In this document: piece after piece, positions 54,726-64,000 of the stretch | Numbering within the stretch: the stretch's first letter is position 1 | How the letters are laid out: every line of letters starts with the position of its first letter | Origin: Curvularia clavata | Lineage: Eukaryota | NCBI GenBank assembly: GCA_023920165.1 | Contig: CP089276.1 | Location: 930,001-994,000 of the forward strand | Direction of reading: 5' to 3' | Length of the DNA: 64,000 bases | Notes under the pieces: generated by a model | What the model was told of the DNA's origin: nothing | The model's database searches: none | The model's input: the letters and a program-made list of their open reading frames with translations, nothing else | Translations under genes and position numbers: made by a program

Positions 54726-56801
54726 TTAAAAGTGTCCTCGCCCAGATGCCAACCGCACAAAGTCATAGCACACATTCTGTCCAACAAGCTTCCTAATCGT
54801 CTCCACCGTCGTCCACGCAGACACATCAGCAATCCCGTACGCTGTCCACCCCGCCGACGTTGCAATCGCCAGTGGGTCGACCTTCCGCGCCCCGCTCGCC
54901 AGGTCGACAAACACCTTGCCTGCTGTCTTCATGCCCATCGCCCCATTGCCCATATTGCTTGCGTTCCCTCCAGGGCTGCTCTCCGGGCTGCCATTCCTGC
55001 TTCCATCCCGGTAGTGCTTGAGCAGCGGCACCACCAGGAGCGACTTTTCCGCAGGCAGCGCTGAGATAATCACAAATGGCTGCTGCAGTCGCTTGACATC
55101 CTCAATCGAACGCACTGGTGACACGTCAGTAGACAGCGGCCCATGGGCCTTGAATCCAATCGTGTATATAGGTCCGATGCCCAGGTTCTTCAGTGCAAAA
55201 ATCGATGCACTTGCATCCCCTTCATTGTTGGCCAGCAGCAGCGCTGCCTGTCCACTGTACGCCGACGGTACAAAGTCGCGTGTCAACGTAGCTCGTATTC
55301 CCTTCCATCTAGTGTTGTCACCGATCAACGATGCATTGCTGTTCCCAGGCGGCACTAACACTGTATCCACTTGCCCAATCGCGCGCGCCGCGTTGGACAG
55401 GCCAGGCAGGTATGGCGCCGATGCTGCCAGCGGTGGGTTGATGTAGGCCCCCCCAAAGTTAGGCCGCCGGAGTATGTGCTCAATCGAAGCTTTTGGCGCC
55501 CGCTCTGCAAAACTAAACGAGTGCGGCAGGCTAAGCTCGTTGAAGCATTTTTCAAAAAACATGGCCTGCGACGTCGACCGGAAGCTTCCAATCCCGTAAA
55601 TGTCTCGTTTCGGCATCTGCCCCATGGTGTGGAGCGCCGCATTGATCTCGGCCGCACTGAGCTGCCCAGGCGCTGCAATCATGGGTAGCAGTGGGTGCGT
55701 GATGGGCGTGAATATCTTGTTCATTGTCCGCGACAGCTGACCCATAGGCCCCATGTTAAGACCCGAGAAGGGTGGGTGAGGGTACTTGGCTTGGATAGTC
55801 GACCGGAAGTATTCAAGCTCATAGTTCTCCTGCATCGAGTTGACCAAGGCGTACATCTTGACAATGTCGCCATACACCGCCCCTTTCTCAAACAACTTTT
55901 CCGTTTCAGGTGATGTCCACTTAAACGTGCCTGAGAAGTCGTGGAAGGCCGAAATGATTTTTGTGCATGCCTTGTTCTCGGCCAGCTTCTTTCGGATCTC
56001 CTCGGGCAACCACAGTTCCACGTCAATATACTCGCAGCCCCATTGGATCGCGCGCGCAAGGTATCGGTAGAAGAGCGAAGGGTCATCCATCGGGAAGCGA
56101 CCATTCTCCTTGGTGCACCTTGTCGTAAAGATGATAGGAAGCTCGGTGCGCTGGCGCAACACCATGACCTGCTCCCCAACATACTTGAGGCTAGGGATCT
56201 TGCTAACCGTCCCATCCGGCAACGGCTCCTCGAGCAAATCCACTCTGATTTCAATTGCGTCTGCGCCGACGGACAGGATATCCAAGTTCGGAAGCGCAGC
56301 ATGTACGTCTGGGAAAGTCGTCGAGATTAATGTCGTGCGCGCCTTCTTGGTGAGGTCGCGGTGGGGGCCAATCTGGCCGAGTATGAAGGAAAGGAAGCGC
56401 GAGACATCTCGGCGGAAGAAGGGCGATCGCGTGTAGAGGTATTCGTAGTCGCATCGGTCAGTGATGCTCTCGTCCAGCTCGTGGCCTCCATCCACCCGGT
56501 GCGTGTTAATCAACAGCCTGGAGCGGTCCCAGCTGTCCAACTGTGGCTTCGCAACCCGATTGCTCAACCCATACACCGTTTCCCGTGGGCCGGCCAGCGC
56601 GTCCTCGACCGACGACGCCGACTCCCACCTCTGGCCCATTACATCTGCAAACATGCCTACAATGTCCTCCTCGCCCTCGTTGTGCAGAATCAAGAGCGCC
56701 GGCCTGGCGCCATGAGGAATCTCCTGCACGTCAATGACCATGCCTTCTTTCAGGTGGGGGCTAGTCATGCCCCCAGTAGTCTGCACCATGGTTGTTGCCA
56801 T
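54726..56801 (-). CDS. AROM-derived protein (degenerate shikimate-kinase-like region, type I dehydroquinase, degenerate shikimate dehydrogenase); QutR/QA-1S repressor-like, intronless
   Basis: DAIEIRVDLL, PIIFTTRCTKENGRF, YIDVEL, IISAFHDF, DIVK, LNMGPMGQLSR and AAPGQLS motifs (DHQase I); GQVDT...GDNTRWKGI (SDH-like). Confidence 0.85.
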   Translation of the reverse strand: MATTMVQTTGGMTSPHLKEGMVIDVQEIPHGARPALLILHNEGEEDIVGMFADVMGQRWESASSVEDALAGPRETVYGLSNRVAKPQLDSWDRSRLLINTHRVDGGHELDESITDRCDYEYLYTRSPFFRRDVSRFLSFILGQIGPHRDLTKKARTTLISTTFPDVHAALPNLDILSVGADAIEIRVDLLEEPLPDGTVSKIPSLKYVGEQVMVLRQRTELPIIFTTRCTKENGRFPMDDPSLFYRYLARAIQWGCEYIDVELWLPEEIRKKLAENKACTKIISAFHDFSGTFKWTSPETEKLFEKGAVYGDIVKMYALVNSMQENYELEYFRSTIQAKYPHPPFSGLNMGPMGQLSRTMNKIFTPITHPLLPMIAAPGQLSAAEINAALHTMGQMPKRDIYGIGSFRSTSQAMFFEKCFNELSLPHSFSFAERAPKASIEHILRRPNFGGAYINPPLAASAPYLPGLSNAARAIGQVDTVLVPPGNSNASLIGDNTRWKGIRATLTRDFVPSAYSGQAALLLANNEGDASASIFALKNLGIGPIYTIGFKAHGPLSTDVSPVRSIEDVKRLQQPFVIISALPAEKSLLVVPLLKHYRDGSRNGSPESSPGGNASNMGNGAMGMKTAGKVFVDLASGARKVDPLAIATSAGWTAYGIADVSAWTTVETIRKLVGQNVCYDFVRLASGRGHF

Positions 56802-59677
56802 GGGTAAGTGAGGGTAAAGCTGTGTATAATTCTTGTGTTCGCCTTAGGTTAGCCGTAAGTGTTGAAGCCGTTGATGCGGAGCTGGATCTCAGCGAGGATG
56901 CGACGGGCGGTATACAACTGACAAACTGCAACAACCGTCGCTACCATCTCCGAAGCGTCGACGAGGCTGAGGCGGTGGGGTGCGTCTGGAGAAATACAAG
57001 CGCCTCACAGTGAGCGCTGTAGATTCATCCGTGGGGGGCAGGGATGCAGGAATACGTCTTGATTGAGTCGCGGTGCGTGTGAGGTTTGGAGCTCGAGAGA
57101 TAGCACCATGTCCTGAGCAGAAGTGGAAGCACCTAGCCTCCGTAAAACGCGCGCGTTTGCTCGCTTCAAAAGCCGTCCTATGGCTGGACGGTGAATATGC
57201 CGTTGGCATTAGCACTAACTCGGGGCTGTAGGATAGTGTACGGACCCAGACGGGCACCGTGGCGCCTTCGCCGATAGCTAGGCTTTAAATTTATCCGTCG
57301 GCTTACCTTGCGCCGCCCACTGCCTCCCCAGATTTCGCACCAATCACATGATTTGCCATGACCCATTCTTCTCCTATGCCAAGTATAGCAAACCCATCGC
57401 TTTCCTTTGACGCGAGATGTTGCTGACGTTGTAGTGTGGAGATTGGTGGAGATTGGTTGCCACAGCATGTGTCCAGGTGAGATCCTGTGCCTGAGGCAAC
57501 AATTCAAATGCCATCTGTATCTCTGAGGCGTCGAGTGCCCAGCAGCAACTTGACGGGATACGAGCTTGGTATTTCTGATGGGCGTAAATCACTCCGATTG
57601 ACAGGTCCATAGTGGTTGCGAGGCTTGTGCCCAGATCTTTTTGCCTCTACACCTGTCAAATCGCATTTCATCAGCCCTATCAAGATGGCAATTGACCGGT
57701 ATGCCGTATTAAAGTTGAGTAATGAGTAGCTGCGCCTCCAACGGACAAACCAATCCCTCTTCTCTGAGAGACCTGGAGAAACAGCCATCCTGTTTCTTCA
57801 CACTCGTACCCCCACGGATGTCTCAGACAGCCGTTCCGAGTGCCCATTGCCAAATCGACATGCGTTCCACTTTTTACGGCTCAACAGCTTGTCCCAAAGA
57901 ACTTTCACGTAATATCTCGGTGATTTGCTAGCCTATATTAGTCCGGCATTCATCGATGCTACCTCTGTTTGACCACCGTCGACTTTAGCCGTTAACCCTG
58001 AAACGCGGGTAAGGAGGGTTGACGAATTTGGTCCATCAATGCCGGTTACAGATTTTCCGGGAACAATTTCGCTGTAACGTTGCTCCACCAAGACACGGTA
58101 CGAGCATCACGGGTACCATCGGATTAGCTAACCAAGCCAGCTAACATGGCTGTCAAGTCTTCCACGGAGCATCCATAGAGCCTCGAGAGAGAGCTATTTT
58201 TCGAGCATCCACGGCTTCTTTTCACAGCCATGAACATGGCCTTTCAACCACAGCCTATTTGTGAGATAACCCGATCCTATCTTCTAGACTACCAAACGGC
58301 TAAAGTGATACGAAAAAGACAACATTGTACCAGTATCAAATTGACGCAGGTTGAAGTGCTACCAAAGGCTATCTAATCGCGTATGCTGCAGGATTCGGCC
58401 AAAAGAAATATATTCCTGCACGGCCAATCCATTCTATCCATTCGAAACCGTATCGAAGCTTACAGACACGAATTGCAGTCCCACCGCTGGAGCACTTTTT
58501 AGGCAACATGCAGTGTTCCCTCATTCTGGACCAACGTACAAATACGGAGAAGCGGAATCAATTTCACACTTTGGTACGAGAAGTCCTAATCATCAGATCC
58601 TATATTAGGACACGACTGCAGATGACGTCGTCTTGTCCAATTCAACCGCAATCTTCCGCAAAAATATCCTCTGTACCAGTTTATCAGAAACAGCTCTGGA
58701 TCCAGTCCACCGGAGTGTTTTGATAGTGGATAGGCTAATTTCATTGTCCCAGACCTTTGGCCCGGTCATCGTCATCTGTAGATGGACACTCCCACTGACA
58801 TGAAACAAAACCGCCGGCTGAAGAAGCGTGAGTATCAGAAGAATAAGAATAGAGTGAAGGAGTAGATAGTTACAGAAGGCAACCTCCGCGGCCTGTCTTG
58901 ATCCATGATTACGACAGATGCCCACATGGTGAAACTGTAATTTCAACGTGGAAAACATGACACTGGCCGATTTAGTGATGCTATAATTAGGAAATTTCCA
59001 CAAGATGGCCATGTTTAGCCGTAAAACCGCCCTACCTGCTTGTCACGACATAGTGTTTTCACTGCGAACTACATTCAGCTGCATCTACCCTTTCTTACGT
59101 GGTGAGGCCTTGAGCCACAATCGACCGGCTCAAGTAGTCGAAACAGTGAGACCAAACTACCAGCTTTTCCATACGGTTTCGAGTATCCTGCACCGAGACT
59201 CTTACCATTCTCCCATGTCATAATATCACCTTTTGCTATCAGACCCAGCTTGTCAGTCAACATGCCGACAGCTATTGCCATCCTACCTCTTCTCAACACA
59301 ATTAAAATACTGTTGATTCTCAAAATTCTCACAGTAGGTTACGTCCGTACATGCATCAAACCTCGGCTGTCTAAGGGCTGCTTCCATTAGTGTAGGTATC
59401 TATGCAATCACGAATGCACCAACAGAAGCGATCAGAATATGAATGAACAGTATAATCTCTTTGATCTTCAAATCGATAACGAACCCATGAGTATCGTAAG
59501 ATAAAAGTAAAGTTAAACAGCCTCGAGTCACGAATCCACTAGAGCGAATAGCATGACTGCATTAGTGATCTCCCCAGCCTTGGCGCTCTGACCTCATCCA
59601 AATCTTCGGGTGTGCGGCGAACAGCGGAGGTGCTGCCCTCATCAATCTTTCTATCTACATCCACCAACGCCACAAAA

Positions 59678-60313
59678 ATGTTTGCAAGGCGCGCAATTCC
59701 CTCGGTAACTACCATGAACGCTTCCCTAGAAGATTGAACGTATCTAATAATCCCCAGGCCTTCCGCGCCGCAACTCGTGCAAGCGCACCTCGCCTCACAC
59801 CAACCGCCCGTTTCCTCACACCCTTCCAAGCACGTCTGCTCTCGGATGAAGTGCGCTCCGCAATCGACCGGGCCATTGCGTCGTCACCCGTTGTTCTATT
59901 CATGAAGGGTACACCAGAGACACCGCAATGTGGATTTTCAAGAGCCAGCATCCAGATTCTGGGTATGCAGGGTGTGGATCCGGATAAGTTTACTGCGTTC
60001 AATGTGTTGGAGGATCAGGAGCTGAGGCAAGGTAAGGACATCTCCGATTATATGCTGCACTGGAAAAACGATCTGTTTGGCTTGGAATTTTTCGATGTGC
60101 TGGGAATCGCAATGGAGATTTACTTTGCTGACAAATGGACTAGGAATCAAAGAGTACTCAGAGTGGCCAACTATACCACAACTTTACGTTGACAAGGAGT
60201 TTATCGGCGGCTGCGATATTCTCATGACCATGCATCAGGATGGTTCGCTGGCCAAGATGCTCGAGGAGAAGGGTGTCGTTGTTCCTGCTGAGGAGAAGGG
60301 ACAGGCGCCGTGA
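59678..60313 (+). CDS. GRX5: Mitochondrial monothiol glutaredoxin Grx5, 2 introns
   Basis: Arg/Ala-rich presequence; [30 protein letters not shown]...GGCD. Confidence 0.96.
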
Positions 60314-61539
60314 GAAGTGCTCCGAGGAAGCTAGTGGGGTATGTGAGCTGTATGATAACATGCTGTATTGATTGCAAGATATCGACCAGAGACTTGCATC
60401 CATGTAACAATGAGAATGTATACACATGAAAATTAAGACATTTGCTGTCCGTTGACGGATTGTAGAGATTATGTCGTTTTGGTGATACCACCATTGTGAG
60501 CCGCTGCTATCTAATTTAATATCTCATATTCTAGCACGTATAGAGTGCCTTTGTTCACCTTCTAAACACATCCCCCTCACCAACGCAAAAAGAAAACCTA
60601 GTAAAGGCTGAGCAAGACACTCAGGCAACTACGGCCTTCAAATCGTATGACAAGTTAACAAACTCAAAATACATACACCTCAGCCAAACGGTTTTCCTAA
60701 TTTTCACCAAGCAAGACAATGAAACGATAAACAGTCCCGGATTTCAAAACACACTTCACTCCACAAAAACCTGAAAGACACCAATCGTCGTCAATGCAGT
60801 GTGCACTGGTAGGCATAACACCAAATTGATTCTTGGCGCTAGTATTATGCAACACACGTGCTAGCGACGACTTTTTGCAGACGCTTGCATTGTATGTCTC
60901 TAGAAATCAGGAAAAAAAGAAGGTTCAGAGAACTGATCCCTACACTTTGCAACTACTTTCTCGAACGCGGGCTGGAGAATGTATTCACGCCGCGGACAAA
61001 AAAGGCTATGGACTTGAAATATAAGAGTGGTTAGCGTTGCGAGTGGATCGAGCCCAAGTCATTGTCCGCGCTTAGACTACGATGGGGCAAATACGAACAT
61101 TCGGGTACAGGGCCGGATGGAGGCTTCTTGCATTTTTATTGAGACAGAGAAAGAAGGGGAGTTGCACATGCTTTGAGAGAGGGCTAAGTTGTGGTTACGC
61201 AGTGTTATTTAGAAATGATGGGAACTTGAAATTGTATATAGTACAACCGTTAATACAGGTCTAGGTGTTGAAGAATTGGCCAATATCCAGATACTTTGAA
61301 TTTTATTCTTCTTTGGAATTGCTATGCTTCTATTGTAAACAACATGACTACCACCAGGACGAGCAGAACATGTGAGTCTTGAGAATAACAAACACACTAT
61401 CTATCTATCCACATCCCCACGTGTGCCATGAAAAAAGCAAATGTCTAATAATCTAGATGGATATCTCGAATGTTCAAAAGTGAACTCTCCCCATATTGCC
61501 TTCTGTACTCCCCACAGTTATTAAGTATCAAGAAAATCT

Positions 61540-62715
61540 CTAGTCAAAAGAGCTCTTGAAGACCCATCGCTGGTCCTCTGGGTGCTGGAATGGCACACCG
61601 AGCTCAAACAGGGTCATGACAGCCTCGGAAAAGTCCTTGAAGAAAGCGTCATTGTCCTTTGCGTACATTTGAGTGTACTGCCTGAAGCTCTTGTCCTTGA
61701 CGAGCTCCATGTCAGTGGGCAGCATCATGAGGCTCTTAGTCTTAACATCCTCAAACTGCTTGGGACCGTTCCACTTCTTGTAGGCCCACTTCTCCTCGAG
61801 AAGGAGCTTGTAGTAGTCGTTGGTCAGGGTGGTGGGCGAGAAGGTCCAGGGACCGTCGTAGCCGGAACGGTCAGTGTGGCAGCGACCAAGGGCGTGAGCA
61901 CCAGACAGGGCGACCATGGCACGGTCATCAAAGCCCATACGGCCAAAGATGGCGCGAATGTGGCTGCTGTCCTTGCTGGCATCGGGCAGACGACCGTCGG
62001 GAGTGCAGAAGGAGACGTCACGGTCGGTACGGCCAGCGCGGTAGGGAATCTTAGGGCCCTGCATCTCTTGGATGGCGCAAACACCAGCAAGGATCCAGAG
62101 GTCAGAGTAGCTGATCCATGGGTAGGCCTGCTTGACGGGCTCGAGGAAGTCGCGGGCAGCCTTGAGACCAGCGTTGGCGCCGTGGTCACCCTCAGGGGCG
62201 AAGCGCATGGTTGCACCGTTGGAGCCACCAGTTCCAGTCAACTTGTCGTAACTGCAGCATGTTAGTATTAAATTCTGGGGTGATGAGAAAGACATTGGAT
62301 ATACTCACGTTCCCGAAGCGTGCCATGCCAGACGCAGGAGCACAGGGCCGTAGCTGCCGTCGTCGTAGTCATCCTGGTCCTGCAGCCTCTTGGCAATATC
62401 GTCGTAGACCTTCTGGTAGTCCTCGAAGCGGGGTGTGAAGATCTTGGAGCTGGTCTGGCCAAACAGCTCTGGCTTGTATGTGTAGAGAGCATAGCCACCA
62501 GCACCGAGAAGCAGAGCGCCCGCACCCCAGGCTAGACCAGTTGGGTTGCCCTCGTGCTTATCAGGGCCATCCTCAGAAGCATATCCGCGTCGTTGGTTGC
62601 GGAAAGCATTTTGTGTGGGTGCAACGAAGCGGGCAGAGGAGCGGGTGGCGGTGGTGCGGAAGGAAGGTGCAGCGGTGCGCAGAGCGCGGGAGAAAGTTCG
62701 AGAGGCCGATGCCAT
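61540..62715 (-). CDS. CCP1: Mitochondrial cytochrome c peroxidase; intron 62252-62308
   Basis: Presequence plus TM sorting signal; [43 protein letters not shown]. Confidence 0.96.
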
Positions 62716-64000
62716 TGTGGTGATACGGTTGTGTATGTTGATAAGCTGGCAAAGGGTTTGATTGCCTCCAGAAAGCTCAATTGGCTTGGAAAGAGGGCAA
62801 GGAGATGAGGCAAAAAGCCAGAAAAAGCAGGACGACAGAAGATGACAACCGAGGGCGTGAGAAGGATCTTAAAGGACACAGCATATGCCGATGGCAACAA
62901 TCTTTCTTTCTGGAAGCCACGCCAAAAGACCCACCTTTTCGGCGGCCGCACCAATCACAGGCCGCACAGCGGCTGACCGTCTGGACCCTTTCGATTACGA
63001 TATCTCAAACCATTGCGACATGAGCCCGAGGACTTAGGTGTCTGATCTCGATTCGCCGAAGGGCGGGTTTGTAGATACGGCGACAAAGATTGCCAAGGGC
63101 AAAACCCAGGGCATCCGGCAAAGAGGCGCGGTGGTTTTGTGCCTGCTGGCACCCGGGTGCATAATCCGACTTCCAGGCGCTGTCATTGGCTGTGCCGCAG
63201 CCGATCGACGCAGGCCAGATGTCGGGAGTGAGGGGCAATGGTGTGCGGCTCTGCGGCAGCCGCCTCCATACGCCATTGTCGTCTTCATAGACTACTGCTG
63301 TCGTCTTACCATCACCATGCTGCCTTGCACGGTAGTTTCTACGTTGCTCACCATCCCAGCCTCGGCCCTCTGCACCGACCAGCCAATCGTTATGCCGACA
63401 TACTAAGCTGTGGGGGATGACTCGGTCTGCGCCCACATGCCGTCCCTCTCCGACAACGGCACGGGCAGAAAAGTGGATGCTTCGCTCCAACAAGTAATTT
63501 TGTCCATCTAGCTCGGTAGCTCGGGTACTCCACTGCCTTGTATGCATGCATGTGTCAGGGCGTCAAGGTTGTCTGTCAAAAAGACGATTCCATTGGACCT
63601 AAAAACAACAGGGTAGTATTAGGGCAGTGAAACAACAAACGATCAAAAAAGCAACCAAACGCAAATAACTCCCGCTAGCCATTGCCCTTCGGCTTGTGAT
63701 ACCAAGTCTTGACCCAGCGCCTTGCAGGGAAATGCTCATGCCCATGCTCATATCGAAATCAGAAAAATCAGAACCGGCTCCGGTGCCAAAAATGCAATCA
63801 TTAACCCAGGTATTCTTCCTTCGTCGCAGCGTGAAACATGAAAAGTAAAAACAAATCAATGAAACATATGGTGCCCGGGCGGCGGCGGGGGCAGACCCAT
63901 GATGGCGCCGAGATAGAGATGCGGATGCGGATGCGGATAGACGTTCATGCTGCTCGTGGGCGTGGATATGCCCGACGTCGATGCGGTAGGTGGGTGGGAC

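Noticed and set aside
57000..59600. Short ORFs of 70-135 aa upstream of the QutR-like gene
   Set aside because: No recognisable motifs, splice chain or transposon hallmarks.
61582..62265. 227-aa antisense ORF over CCP1 (likewise over GLR1 and flbA)
   Set aside because: By-product of strong codon bias on the coding strand.

Overview
Eukaryotic nuclear DNA from a filamentous ascomycete. Short GT-AG introns with CTAAC/CTGAC branch sites are seen directly; a Dothideomycete/Pleosporales-like source is an inference from protein style. The window holds about 19 protein-coding genes: a cytochrome P450, an aldo-keto reductase, PPC decarboxylase, a GPI-anchored S41 peptidase-like protein, Chk1, the RGS protein FlbA, a probable pseudogene, a small GPI cell-wall protein, a DENN-domain protein, TRAPPC13-like, a small SET protein, a YPL260W/Cub1 homolog, ribosomal P1, a mitochondrial carrier, a small membrane protein, glutathione reductase, a Zn2Cys6 factor next to an AROM-derived QutR-like protein, Grx5 and cytochrome c peroxidase. 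The most striking feature is a complete tRNA-Leu(CAG) gene (27566-27699, minus strand). Its T-loop/B-box is split by a 52-nt insertion with all the signals of a spliceosomal mRNA-type intron (GTATGT...TTCTAAC...TAG), not a tRNA-endonuclease intron. A second splicing oddity is a nested twin intron (stwintron, [D1,2] type) that the P450 appears to need to keep its reading frame. Exon boundaries were read by eye; no database searches were run.
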